Shown: positions 14,193 to 24,847, numbered from the stretch's first letter. The stretch: 64,000 nt of DNA from an uncultured Acidobacteriota bacterium (GCA_963709325.1 CAVPVV010000003.1:1391110-1455109); one strand, 5' to 3'. Translations and numbers: made by a program. The notes: generated by a model from the sequence alone, not told the origin.

Positions 14193-16331
14193 TCAGTGCT
14201 CGTCGCTGCCGATCCAGTTGACACCGTCCCACACGCGGATGGTGCGGATCGCATCCCACTGCTGCATCGAGTCCACCACGTCCATCCCAGTCACCACCTG
14301 GCCAAACACCGTGTAGCGTCCGTCGAGGTGCGGCTGCGGGGAGTGGGTGATGAAGAATTGGCTGCCGCCGGTGTCGGCCCAATCGAGTGCCATGCCGACC
14401 GTGCCGCGCACGTAGGGGCGTTGATTGATCTCGTCGCGAATCGTATAGCCGGGCCCGCCCTCGCCGTCTCCGCGCGGATCGCCGCCCTGGATTACGAAGT
14501 CGCCAACAACGCGATGCCAGGGGATGTTGTTGAAGAAGCCCTTCCGTACCAGCGCGGTGAAGTTCGCGACGGTCCGCGGTGCGTCGACGACCGCGAGCTC
14601 GATCTGAATGCTGCCATTCTCCGTGTCGATGTAGGCCATCGGCGTGTAGGCCGGGGCCATCAGCGCCGGAATCGCCGACAGCTCGGGCGCCAGCGGCGGC
14701 GGCGCCGGGGTCGCCGGTGGCGGCGCTGCGGCACCGTCGATGCCGCGCAGCAGCTCCGCGGCACGCAGCCGGATGGCCCACTCAGGGTCGGCAAGCGCGC
14801 GCTGCAAAGCAGGCACTGCGGTAGCGCGATCGAGCGCCGCCATCGCGGAGAGGATCGCCGCGCGCGCCACGTAGGTGTTGTCCGATGCGGAGGCCTCCAG
14901 CGCGGTAGCCAAGGCGGGCGCCTGGTCCGAGGCCTTGATGCGCGCGAGGCCGTTGGCTGCCGCCATGCGCACCACGGGATCCTCGCTTCGCAGCCGCTCG
15001 ACCAGGGTCGTCTTCGCGTTGGCGGTGTTCAGCGCCGCCACCGCGGTGAGCACGGCCGGAATCACACGCTGATCGTCGTCGGTCAGCATCGTCGTCAGGC
15101 GAGCTTCGCCCAGTTTCCCGGGCAGTTCCGCGAGCGCGCCGGCCAGCGCGGCCCGCACCGACCAGTGCGGATCGGGGTCCAGCCCCGCGAGCACGCTGAT
15201 GAACGTCTCCGGATCGATCCGGGCGATGGCGACAAGAGCCGCGCTTCGCAAGGTCGGCCACGACGCCGAGGCGAGCTCGAGCAGCACGTCGATGGCCCCC
15301 TGGCTGCGCAGCTGGCCGAGCGCGACCACCCCTTCCATTTGCAGCGTTGGAACGGTCTTCGGCGTGGTGACCATCTTGAGAATCGACGGCGCTGCGGCGT
15401 GGGCGCCCATCGCCGCCAGTGCTCGTACCGCCTGGATGCGGACTGCCTTCGGCTGGGCGGCGTCGGCCACGATCGTCTCGAGCGCCGGCGCTGCGGCAGC
15501 GTGTTTCAGGACGCCGAGCCCACGCGCGGCGAAGGCTCGCGTGATCTGCCCCTCGGTCTGGAGCAAAGCGGTGAGCACCGGCGCCGCTCCGGGATTGTTG
15601 ATTCGCTGGAACGCGTAGGCCACCGGCCACCAGCTGCTGCGCACCGCGCCCGAGGAGTCGAGTGTCGCGCTCGACAACTCGTTGAAAGCGCCCAGCTGGA
15701 CGAGCGCATAGAGCCCCAGCCGCACGGCTTCGACAGGCGCGCTCTTCGGATAGCTGACGTCATCGGGGGCGATGTCGTTCAGCACGCCGGCGTTCACGTG
15801 CGCCGCGATCATCGTCGCGATCGCCGACGCCGACGACTTGTCGCCGATCTTGCCGAGGGCCTCGGCGGCGCGCCCCTGCAGCAACGGATCGGGATTGGCC
15901 AACGCAGTCGTCAGCGCCGTCGCCGCCGCCGGATCGGCGATCAGGCCAAGCGCGAAGGCTGCCATCTGCCGCACTTCCGGATCGGGCTCCTTCGCGAGCA
16001 TCGCCGACAGCGGTTCCACCGCCTCGACAATCCGGGCCCGTCCGACGCCCAGCGCGGCGCGCCGGCGGATGTGCGCCAGCGCATCCGAGAGCATCGCGAC
16101 CATGTCCTCTCCGGCTGCCTCAGCGCGGGCGACGCGCTGATCCTCGAGCTGGAGAATCCACCCGAGCTTCTGATCGGCGCTCGGCGGCGGAGGCGTGGGC
16201 ACGACCACCGGCGCGGCTTTCGGTCCACACCCGAGGGCGCAGATGACGCAGATAGCGCCGATGCCGCCGATGACGCGGTGCGAGGGACGAACGGAGGCGG
16301 CGGCGAGGGTTGCCGCGCCGGATCGCCTCAT
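14193..16331 (-). CDS. Lipoprotein with HEAT repeats and a C-terminal cyclophilin-type PPIase
   Basis: Lipobox ALGC; HEAT repeats (DPEVRQMAAFALG); HRVVGDFVIQGGDPRGDG, GSQFFIT and HLDGRYTVFGQV motifs. Confidence 0.9.
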   Translation of the reverse strand: MRRSGAATLAAASVRPSHRVIGGIGAICVICALGCGPKAAPVVVPTPPPPSADQKLGWILQLEDQRVARAEAAGEDMVAMLSDALAHIRRRAALGVGRARIVEAVEPLSAMLAKEPDPEVRQMAAFALGLIADPAAATALTTALANPDPLLQGRAAEALGKIGDKSSASAIATMIAAHVNAGVLNDIAPDDVSYPKSAPVEAVRLGLYALVQLGAFNELSSATLDSSGAVRSSWWPVAYAFQRINNPGAAPVLTALLQTEGQITRAFAARGLGVLKHAAAAPALETIVADAAQPKAVRIQAVRALAAMGAHAAAPSILKMVTTPKTVPTLQMEGVVALGQLRSQGAIDVLLELASASWPTLRSAALVAIARIDPETFISVLAGLDPDPHWSVRAALAGALAELPGKLGEARLTTMLTDDDQRVIPAVLTAVAALNTANAKTTLVERLRSEDPVVRMAAANGLARIKASDQAPALATALEASASDNTYVARAAILSAMAALDRATAVPALQRALADPEWAIRLRAAELLRGIDGAAAPPPATPAPPPLAPELSAIPALMAPAYTPMAYIDTENGSIQIELAVVDAPRTVANFTALVRKGFFNNIPWHRVVGDFVIQGGDPRGDGEGGPGYTIRDEINQRPYVRGTVGMALDWADTGGSQFFITHSPQPHLDGRYTVFGQVVTGMDVVDSMQQWDAIRTIRVWDGVNWIGSDEH

Positions 16332-17452
16332 CGTGCGACCTCGCGCGCGTCCACGACGTGGTGCCGCTCCGTCGCCTTCTCGACGCGCTCCCGCACCACG
16401 TTCACCCCGATGCCAGGCCCGGTGGGGACGGGGATCGTGCCGTCGTCGGACACCTCGATCGCCGGTTCGATGAGATCAGGCGAGTAGTACCGTTTCGACG
16501 CCGCGATATCGCCCGGCAGCCGGAAGTTCGGCAGGCTGGCGAGGTGGATGTTGTGGGCCCGCCCGATACCGCTCTCCAGCATCCCGCCGTGCCACACCGG
16601 AATGTCGTTGGCGGCGCAGAGATCGTGCAGCTCGATCGACTGCTGGTGGCCGCCGACGCGGCCGGGCTTGATGTTGATGATCCGGCAGGCCTTCGCCGCA
16701 ATCGCGTCCCGGGCGATTCGCACCGTGTGAATCGACTCATCGAGGCAGACGGGCGTCTTGATGGCCTCCTGCAGCGCGACGTGATCCATCACGTCGTCGT
16801 ACTCGAGCGGCTGCTCGATCATCATCAGCTTGTAGGGATCGAGCTTCGCCAGATGGGCGCCATCCTCGAGCTTATACGCGGCGTTGGCGTCCACCATGAG
16901 CAGGATGTCGCCGAACTTCTGCCGAATCCGGTCCACGGCCTCCACGTCCCAGCCCGGCTTGATCTTGATCTTGATCCGCTGATAACCGGCGGCACGCTCC
17001 TTTGCCACCTTCTCGAGCAGCTGGTCGAACGAATCCTGAATACCGATCGACACCCCCGAGGCGATCCGCGCACGCGTGCCGCCCAGCGCAGACGACAGTG
17101 ACTGGCCGCGAACCTTCGCGTAGAGGTCCCAGGCGGTCATCTCGAGCAGCGCTTTGGCCATGTTGTGGGTGCGGACCCGCTTCATCGCTGCGAACACCTC
17201 GCGCGGGTGACCGAACTCGCGCCCGAGTACCAGCGGCGCCAGGAACTCGGTCACGATGTGCCACACGGTTTCGGTCGTCTCGCCGCTGTAATAGGGGTGC
17301 GCTTCCGCGACCGCTTCACCCCACCCTTCGTGTCCCTCGCCCTCCATGCGGGCCAGGACGAAGGTCCGGTCGTAACTGCGGCCGAAGCTGGTCTCGAAGA
17401 AGTGCACGAGTGGCAGCCGGCACAGGAACAGTTCCAGTCGATCGATTCTCAT
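16328..17452 (-). CDS. menC: o-succinylbenzoate synthase / N-acylamino acid racemase (enolase superfamily)
   Basis: FETSFG, KIKIKPG, VDAN, IEQPL, LDES, INIKPGRVGG and GGMLESGIG motifs. Confidence 0.88.
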   Translation of the reverse strand: MRIDRLELFLCRLPLVHFFETSFGRSYDRTFVLARMEGEGHEGWGEAVAEAHPYYSGETTETVWHIVTEFLAPLVLGREFGHPREVFAAMKRVRTHNMAKALLEMTAWDLYAKVRGQSLSSALGGTRARIASGVSIGIQDSFDQLLEKVAKERAAGYQRIKIKIKPGWDVEAVDRIRQKFGDILLMVDANAAYKLEDGAHLAKLDPYKLMMIEQPLEYDDVMDHVALQEAIKTPVCLDESIHTVRIARDAIAAKACRIINIKPGRVGGHQQSIELHDLCAANDIPVWHGGMLESGIGRAHNIHLASLPNFRLPGDIAASKRYYSPDLIEPAIEVSDDGTIPVPTGPGIGVNVVRERVEKATERHHVVDAREVAR

Positions 17453-17496
17453 CGCGTCTCCCGCAGGTTACGGCACCTGCAATATACTCGCGTCGC

Positions 17497-18135
17497 GTGG
17501 CCTTCCATTATCTGGCCGTCGAGGGCCCGATTGGTGCGGGAAAGACGACGCTGGCCGAACGACTTGCCTCCCGCCTCGACGCCACCACGATTCTCGAGGA
17601 CACCGAGAACCCGTTCCTGGCCGACTTCTACAACGATCGGCCCGGCGCCGCGCTGCAGGCGCAGTTGTTCTTCCTCTTGAATCGGCATCGCCAATTGACG
17701 GGGTTGCGGCAGGCCGATCTCTTTCTCCAGGCCACGGTCTGCGACTACCTGTTCGACAAGGACAAGATCTTCGCGTACCTGAACCTCGACGACAACGAGC
17801 TGTTCATCTATCAGCGGCTCTACGACCTGCTGGCGCGCGACATCCCGACTCCCGACCTCGTGGTCTATCTCCAGGCGCCCACCGAGGTCCTGGTGTCACG
17901 TATCGGCCGCGGCGCCGACGATCCCGAGGCCGAGATCCCGCCGGTGGACGAGGACTACATCCGCGAATTGAACGAGGCCTATCAGCACTACTTCTTCCAC
18001 TACACCGCGACTCCGCTGCTGGTCGTCGACACCTCGGAGTTCGACCCCGAAACCGACGACGCCGCGCTCGACGAACTGGTGCGGCAGATCAAGGGGATGG
18101 GAAAGGGCACGCGCTACTACGTCGCGCGGAAGTGA
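17497..18135 (+). CDS. Deoxynucleoside kinase
   Basis: VEGPIGAGKTT P-loop, NPFLADFY and PDLVVYLQA motifs. Confidence 0.9.
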   Translation: MAFHYLAVEGPIGAGKTTLAERLASRLDATTILEDTENPFLADFYNDRPGAALQAQLFFLLNRHRQLTGLRQADLFLQATVCDYLFDKDKIFAYLNLDDNELFIYQRLYDLLARDIPTPDLVVYLQAPTEVLVSRIGRGADDPEAEIPPVDEDYIRELNEAYQHYFFHYTATPLLVVDTSEFDPETDDAALDELVRQIKGMGKGTRYYVARK

Positions 18136-18172
18136 GGCCTCTCACTTCTCACATCTGCTAAGCTCACCTGTT

Positions 18173-19015
18173 ATGGCCTGGTTCAAGAAGGCGCGCAGGC
18201 CCCTGGCCACGCCAAAGACGACGAGCCGGGTTCCCGAGGGCCTGTGGGAGAAGTGCCCGGACTGCGACGCCATCCTCTACGCCAAGGACCTTTCGAAGAA
18301 CCTCCAGGTCTGCGACAAGTGCGGCCATCACTTCCGGATCGGGGCCATCGATCGGCTGAAATCGCTGTTCGATGACGAACGCTGGGATGAGATCGCGCCC
18401 GGGCTGCGCTCGAACGATCCGCTGACGTTCACCGACACCAAGCCGTATCGCGACCGGCTGGCGAAGACGATCCACGCGACCGGCCAGGACGACGCGGTAG
18501 TAGTGGGCATCGGCAAGCTCGCTGGCATCACCACAGTCATCGCCTCGATGGAGTACAGCTTCATCGGCGGATCGATGGGCGTGGTCGTCGGCGAGAAGAT
18601 CGTCCGCGGCATCGAGCTCGCCATCGAGCGCCGGACGCCGGTCATCATCGTCTCGTGTTCGGGAGGAGCGCGGATGATGGAAGGCGCGCTGTCGCTGATG
18701 CAGATGGCAAAGATCTCCGCGGCGCTCGCCCGCCTCGATCGGGCCCGGCTGCCCTATTTCTCGGTGCTCACCGATCCGACCACCGGCGGCGTCACCGCCA
18801 GCTACGCGATGCTCGGGGATCTGAACGTCGCGGAACCGCGCGCGCTGATCGGGTTTGCCGGCCCTCGGGTCATCGAGCAGACCATCCGCCAGAAGCTGCC
18901 CGACGGATTCCAGCGCAGCGAGTTCCTGCTCGAGCGCGGCATGCTCGACCTGGTCGTCGATCGACGCGAGCTGAAGACGACGCTGGCACGCGCGCTGCGC
19001 TTCATGCAACCGTGA
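18173..19015 (+). CDS. accD: Acetyl-CoA carboxylase carboxyltransferase beta subunit
   Basis: C4 zinc finger, FIGGSMG, SGGARMMEG, PTTGGVTAS and GFAGPRVIEQT motifs. Confidence 0.97.
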   Translation: MAWFKKARRPLATPKTTSRVPEGLWEKCPDCDAILYAKDLSKNLQVCDKCGHHFRIGAIDRLKSLFDDERWDEIAPGLRSNDPLTFTDTKPYRDRLAKTIHATGQDDAVVVGIGKLAGITTVIASMEYSFIGGSMGVVVGEKIVRGIELAIERRTPVIIVSCSGGARMMEGALSLMQMAKISAALARLDRARLPYFSVLTDPTTGGVTASYAMLGDLNVAEPRALIGFAGPRVIEQTIRQKLPDGFQRSEFLLERGMLDLVVDRRELKTTLARALRFMQP

Positions 19016-20313
19016 CCCTCAGGCAACGCCTGTTCTCGCTCGAGGCCTTCGGCATCAAGCTCGGCCTCGACAACATGCGGACCCTGGTCGAGGCCCTCGG
19101 CCACCCCGAGCGCGCCTACCCCACCGTCCATGTCGCCGGTACCAACGGCAAGGGATCGGTCTGCGCAATCGTCGAGCGAGCCCTGCGCGCCGCCGGATAC
19201 CGCACCGGTCTCTACACCTCGCCTCACCTCGACCGCCTCGAAGAGCGCATGGCGATCGACGGTGAGCCAGTCGCCTCCGATCGCCTCGACGGCGCCGCTG
19301 TCCGGGTGTTCGCGGCCGTGGACGCGGCGTTAGCAGACGGCCGCCTCGCGGTGACACCGACCTTCTTCGAGGTGACCACAGCCATCGCCTTCGAGGTATT
19401 CCGCGCCGAGCCGGTGGACGTTGCGGTCATCGAGGTTGGCCTTGGCGGCCGCTTCGACGCCACCAACATCATCACGCCGGTCGCCGGGGCGATCGTGTCG
19501 ATCGCGTTCGACCACGAGCGGCACCTCGGCTCGACGCTCGAACAGATCGGCGGCGAGAAGGGCGGGATCGCGAAGCCCGGGATCCCCCTCGTCGTCGGGA
19601 CCTTGCCGCCCGAGGCACTGCGCGCAATCGAACGCGTTCGATCCGAGGCAGGCGCTCCGCCGCTCGTCCACGCTGAGGACGCGGTCGGTCTGGATACCCT
19701 CGATGCCGGCCGGGCACGCGTGCTGGTGCGCAGCCAAAGATGGCCCGACCTGCCGGGGCTGCCGCTCTCGCTGCTCGGCCGCCATCAGGTGGCGAACGCT
19801 GCCGTGGCAGTGCGCCTGCTGGAAGTGCTGAGCACGCACGGGCTTCGGCTGGATGCGGATGCGGTCGCGCGGGGGCTGACCGAGGCGAGATGGCCGGCAC
19901 GCCTGGAATGGCTGCGGACGCCCGGTGGCGAGCTGCTGATCGACGCGGCCCACAACCCGGCCGGGGCCGAAGCGCTCGCGTCTTACCTGGATGATGCGGG
20001 CAGAGCCCCGCTGCCCGTCGTGCTGGCCGCAATGCAGGACAAGGATGTGGATGGAATGGTGCGACCGCTCGCCGCGGTCGCCTCGCGATTCGTCGCCACC
20101 GGCGTCCCCACACCTCGCGCGTTCGCCCCAGAAGCGCTCGCGTCCCGAATCGCTGCCGCCGCGCCGGGAACGCCCGTCAGCTCGGTGCCCGACGCTCGAG
20201 CGGCCATCGACGACGCGCTCGCCCGCGATCGTCGGGCCGTGGCTGCGGGCTCGATCTATTTCATCGGGCCGCTCCGCGCGCGCTTGATCGAATCGGGCGC
20301 GGTGCCGATTTGA
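19012..20313 (+). CDS. folC: Folylpolyglutamate/dihydrofolate synthase
   Basis: HVAGTNGKGS, YTSPHL, EVGLGGRFDATN, WPARLE and DAAHNP motifs; GTG overlaps the accD stop. Confidence 0.95.
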   Translation: MTLRQRLFSLEAFGIKLGLDNMRTLVEALGHPERAYPTVHVAGTNGKGSVCAIVERALRAAGYRTGLYTSPHLDRLEERMAIDGEPVASDRLDGAAVRVFAAVDAALADGRLAVTPTFFEVTTAIAFEVFRAEPVDVAVIEVGLGGRFDATNIITPVAGAIVSIAFDHERHLGSTLEQIGGEKGGIAKPGIPLVVGTLPPEALRAIERVRSEAGAPPLVHAEDAVGLDTLDAGRARVLVRSQRWPDLPGLPLSLLGRHQVANAAVAVRLLEVLSTHGLRLDADAVARGLTEARWPARLEWLRTPGGELLIDAAHNPAGAEALASYLDDAGRAPLPVVLAAMQDKDVDGMVRPLAAVASRFVATGVPTPRAFAPEALASRIAAAAPGTPVSSVPDARAAIDDALARDRRAVAAGSIYFIGPLRARLIESGAVPI

Positions 20314-20321
20314 TATCCTCG

Positions 20322-22622
20322 ATGCCGCGCGTGCTTGTTCGTCCTCTTGGGTGGTTGCTGCCGCTGGCTTGCGGGTTGGCCCTGGTGCTGATCGGCGCGG
20401 CCGAGGCGTCGGCTCAGATGGTTCCCGGGTGGAACACCAAGCAGTTCACGCTGGAGCGCATGGATGCGGATCGCATCCGCCTGACCGGCGAGGTCGAGAT
20501 CGAGGGCGAGAAGGGCAGCCCCAACGAAGGGCAGAAGTTCTTCGCTGACGGCGGCGAGCTGAACCTGAGAACCGGCGAGCTCACCGCTTCCGGCAACGTG
20601 GTGTTCTCCACCCCCGACACCCGGATCAGTGCCGAGAGCATGGTCTTCAACACCCACACCAAGCTCGGCACCTTCCACAATGCCTCGGGCATCGCGGCGC
20701 TCGGTGCGCGCGGCGAGAAGGACCGCAGCATGTTCGGGACGCTCGAGCCCGACGTCTACTTCTACGGTCAGGTGATCGAGAAGATCGACGTCGACAAGTA
20801 CCAGATCACGAAGGGGGCGTTCACAACCTGCGTCCAGCCCACCCCGCGGTGGGAGATTGCCAGCGGCAGCTCGATCGTCAACCTCCACGACTACGCGCTG
20901 CTCAACAACGCGATCATCCGCGTCAAGGACGTGCCCGTCTTCTACCTGCCGATCATGTACTACCCGATCCAGGACGACGACCGGGCGACCGGGTTCCTGA
21001 TGCCGACCTACGGCCGCTCGACGTATCGCGGACAGTCGATCAGCAACGCGTTCTTCTGGGCCATCAACCGGAGCCAGGACGCCACGTTCTTCCACGACTG
21101 GTTCACCTCGCGCGGCCAGGGCATGGGCAGCGAGTATCGCTACCTCCTCTCGCCGCAGGCGCAGGGCAATTTCCGTTTCTACCGGCTGGCCGAGAAGGCG
21201 AACACGACCGGCGGCGTCTCGAATCCCGAGCGCACCAGCTACTCGGTCCAGGCCAACGTCACCCAGCCGCTGGCCGGGGGCCTCCGGGGCCGTGTGCGCA
21301 TCGACTACTTCTCCGACATCACCGCGCAGCAGCTGTACAACAACAACCTGTACCAGCAGACCTTCAGCACCCGGTCATTCGGTGGCGGCGTCACCGGATC
21401 GTGGAAGGGCCTCAGCCTGTCCGGGCAGTACCAGCGGACCGAAAGTTTCTTCGACCAGTCGAACTCGAACGTCAGCGGGCAGGCGCCCGGCATCACCGCC
21501 TCGTACTCCGGGCGGCGGCTCGGCCAGCTGCCGATCTACGCTTCCGTGAACACCGAGATGACCCGCCTGCTCTGGGAGCAGAAGTCGGGGATCGCGGTGA
21601 ACGACCTGGGTCTCGGCAAGGTGGACCTCTTCCCGTCAATCCGAGCCCCCTGAGCCGGCTGCCGTTCCTGACGGTCAACACCTCGCTCGGCTATCGGATC
21701 ACGTATTTCAGCGAGAGCATCGAGAACCGTCAGCAGGTTGAAGTGCCGGTGACCCGGACCTACGCGGACATGCGCGCCGAGCTGGTGGGGCCGGTCTTCA
21801 CGCGGGTGTTCAACCCCCAGAACGGGTTCGCCGACCGGATGAAGCACGTCTTCGAGCCGAACCTGACGCTCCAGCGCATCACCAGCATCGACAACATCAC
21901 GAGCATCCCGACGATCGGCTCCTACGATTACGTCGTCGGCGACACCACGCGTATCGGGTATGGGCTGACGAATCGCCTGCTGGTGCGCCGCCCCGACGCA
22001 CGGGGGCGGCGAGCGCAGCCAGGCCGGACCGCCCCGCGAGATGCTCACCGTCGGCATCAACCAGAGCTACTACTCGAACCCGACGGCCAGCAAGTTCGAC
22101 CAGGCCTACGGTTACTCGGTCCTGTATCGCCCGCCGAGCAACTTTTCGACGATTGCGCTCACCACGCGAGCGATGCCGGTCGATCCAGTTGGCATGGACT
22201 TCCGGATGGAGTACGACCCGATCGCCACCGACCACAACCTGGTTGGCTTCGGCCTGAACGGGGTCGTCCGCATGAGCGCGATCGACGCAACCGCCGGATG
22301 GAGCCGCCAGAACTACCAGGCCGGCAACCAGTTCACGTCGAACAACTACATCCAGCAGTCCACGCGCTTCCACCTCGCCGGCAACAAGGTAGGCGGGCTG
22401 GTGCAGTTCAACTACGATATCGCGCGTTCGACGCTCCTCAACCAGCGCTACGTCGCCAACTACAGCGCGCAGTGCTGCGGCTTCGCCGTGGAGTTCCAGG
22501 CCTTCAACTATCCCGGCGGCTTCGTCGTCCCCCAGGATCGGCGGTTCAACTTTTCGTTCACCCTTGCCGGGATCGGCAGCTTCTCGAACTTCTTCGGCAA
22601 CTTCGGCGGCGCGACCTACTGA
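20322..22622 (+). CDS. lptD: LPS-assembly protein LptD (frameshifts near 21650 and 22010-22040)
   Basis: Signal peptide, FTTC...PRW, PVFYLP, RATGFLMP, MKHVFEP and QCC motifs; C-terminal beta-barrel strands. Confidence 0.85.
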
Positions 22623-22664
22623 GCCGCCGATCCAGCGCTGCAGTAAGATAGTCGGCTGGACATC

Positions 22665-23699
22665 ATGTCAGAGACCTCGACTACGAACGTGCTGGTGACC
22701 GGCGGCGCCGGCTTCATCGGCAGCAACTTCGTCCGCTACGCGCTCTCGACGCACCCCGACTGGCACGTCACGACGCTCGACAAGCTGACTTACGCCGGGC
22801 GCCGCGAGAACCTGCACGATGTGATCGACAATCCGCGGCACACCTTCGTCCACGGCGACATCTGCGACGCCGGCGTCGCGGCGCCGCTGGTCGAGAACGC
22901 CGACATCGTCGTGCACTTCGCGGCCGAGACCCACGTGGATCGCTCGATTCTTGCCGCCGGCGACTTCATCAAGACCGACGTCGAAGGGACGTTCGTGCTG
23001 CTCGAGGCCGCGCGCCGCAATCCGCGGCTGCGGCGCTTCGTGCAGATCTCGACCGACGAGGTCTACGGCAGCGTGCCCGAGGGATCGAGCGCCGAGACCG
23101 ACGAACTGCGGCCCCGGAACCCGTACTCGGCCAGCAAGGCCGGCGCCGATCGGCTGGCGTACAGCTACTGGGCCACCTACGAAGTCCCGGTGATCGTCAC
23201 GAGAGCGTCGAACAACTACGGGCCGTATCAGTTCCCGGAGAAGGTCATCCCCCTCTTCGTCACGAACCTGATCGACAACCTGCAGGTCCCCCTCTACGGA
23301 GACGGCGGCAACGTCCGCGACTGGCTGCACGTCGTCGACCACTGCCGGGCGCTCGACCTCCTGATCCACGACGGCCGGAGCGGCGAGGTCTACAACATCG
23401 GCGGCGGCAACGAGGTGAAGAACGTCGATCTCACCCACCAGCTGCTTTCGCTGGTCGGCAAGGACGACACGCTGATCCGGCGCGTCGAGGATCGCAAGGG
23501 CCATGACCGGCGGTACAGCGTCAGCACCGCCAAGCTGCGCGGGATGGGCTGGACGCCGGGCGTGCCGTTCGAGCGCGGGCTCGAGGAAACCGTCGCCTGG
23601 TACCAGCAGAACGAGTGGTGGTGGCGACCGGTCAAGGAGCGCGATCCGCAGTATCGCGCCTACATCGAACAGCAGTACGGCTCGCGCGCGACGCGGTGA
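22665..23699 (+). CDS. rfbB: dTDP-glucose 4,6-dehydratase
   Basis: GGAGFIGS, DKLTYAG, AAETHVDRSI, STDEVYG, YSASK and RDWLHV motifs. Confidence 0.96.
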   Translation: MSETSTTNVLVTGGAGFIGSNFVRYALSTHPDWHVTTLDKLTYAGRRENLHDVIDNPRHTFVHGDICDAGVAAPLVENADIVVHFAAETHVDRSILAAGDFIKTDVEGTFVLLEAARRNPRLRRFVQISTDEVYGSVPEGSSAETDELRPRNPYSASKAGADRLAYSYWATYEVPVIVTRASNNYGPYQFPEKVIPLFVTNLIDNLQVPLYGDGGNVRDWLHVVDHCRALDLLIHDGRSGEVYNIGGGNEVKNVDLTHQLLSLVGKDDTLIRRVEDRKGHDRRYSVSTAKLRGMGWTPGVPFERGLEETVAWYQQNEWWWRPVKERDPQYRAYIEQQYGSRATR

Positions 23700-23735
23700 G
23701 CAGCAGACGGTGACGGTTCACAGGCCCGCCACGTC

Positions 23736-24695
23736 GTGAGCGCAGCCGCTGCAGCGAACCGGTCCGTCCTGGTCACGGGAGCGGCCGGTTTCGTCGGCAC
23801 TCACCTGATCGCACACCTGCTGGAAGCCGGAATGGCTGTCACCGGCTGGTACCGCCCCGCAATCGGACCCGGCGACAAGCCTGCAGCGAGGGTCGACTGG
23901 GCCGCGGTCGAGCTGCTCGACGCCGGCGCCGTTGCCGATGCGCTCGCGAGGCTGCGGCCTGCTGCCATCTATCACCTTGCCGGTGCCGCGCACGTCGGCG
24001 ACTCGTGGCAGCACACGCGCGCGACCTTCGAAGGCAACGTGCTCGCCACTCATCACCTGTTCCAGGGACTGCGGCGACACGGATTGGCCCCGCGCGTGCT
24101 GGTCAGCGGGTCGGCAGCCATCTACAAGCCGTCGGGTGAGCCGCTCACGGAGGATTCGCCGCTGGCGCCGGCAAGCCCGTACGCAACCAGCAAACTCGCG
24201 CAGGAGATGGTGGCGCTCGAGGCCTGGGGCGAGCACCGGATTCCAGCGCTGGTGGCGCGATCCTTCAACCACATCGGGCCGGGCCAGACGCCGTCGTACG
24301 TGGCGCCAGCGATCGCCCGGCAGATCGCGCTCATCGAGCGCGGCGAGATGCCGCCGGTGTTGCGCCTCGGCAATCTCGATCCAGAGCGCGACCTGATGGA
24401 TGTGCGCGACACGGTCCGTGCCTACGCCGCGATGATGGCGTCGGCCGAACCGGGCGCGCCCTACAACGTCTGCGGCGGCCGCGCGATCCGTATCGGCGAC
24501 CTCGTCGATCTCTTTCGATCCCGATCGCGCGTCCCGGTCGCGATCGAGCAGGACCCATCGAAGATGCGGCCGTCGGATGTCCCGCGCCTGTGCGGGAGCC
24601 ACGCCCGCCTGACGCGCGATACCGGCTGGACGCCCAGGATTCCTCTCGAGACGACAGTCGACGATCTCCTCGAGTGGTGGCGGAAGCAGACGTAG
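23736..24695 (+). CDS. NAD-dependent nucleotide-sugar reductase/dehydratase (Rmd/Gmd-like SDR)
   Basis: GAAGFVG, YATSK, SFNHIGPGQ and GNLDPERDLMDVRD motifs. Confidence 0.85.
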   Translation: MSAAAAANRSVLVTGAAGFVGTHLIAHLLEAGMAVTGWYRPAIGPGDKPAARVDWAAVELLDAGAVADALARLRPAAIYHLAGAAHVGDSWQHTRATFEGNVLATHHLFQGLRRHGLAPRVLVSGSAAIYKPSGEPLTEDSPLAPASPYATSKLAQEMVALEAWGEHRIPALVARSFNHIGPGQTPSYVAPAIARQIALIERGEMPPVLRLGNLDPERDLMDVRDTVRAYAAMMASAEPGAPYNVCGGRAIRIGDLVDLFRSRSRVPVAIEQDPSKMRPSDVPRLCGSHARLTRDTGWTPRIPLETTVDDLLEWWRKQT

Positions 24696-24756
24696 GTTCG
24701 CGAGGTTCGCGAGGTTCTCGAGGTTCTCGAGGTTCGCGGGGTTCGCGGGGTTCGCG
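24694..24756 (+). repeat. Nonamer tandem array (RGGTTCKCG)x7
   Basis: aggttcgcg x2, aggttctcg x2, aggttcgcg, gggttcgcg x2; begins inside the TAG stop codon. Confidence 0.93.
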
Positions 24757-24790
24757 GGCGGATTAGATCCAGCCCGTGCGGAGTCTTCGC

Positions 24791-24818
24791 TTGACAGGCG
24801 AAAATTTAGCGAAATAAT
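24791..24818 (+). promoter_or_regulatory. Sigma70 promoter of the radical SAM gene with a GCGAA-N6-GCGAA direct repeat in the spacer
   Basis: TTGACA 24791-24796, AATAAT 24813-24818; GCGAA at 24798 and 24809. Confidence 0.6.
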
Positions 24819-24847
24819 GAGACCGGCCCGATGTTCATTGGATTCCT

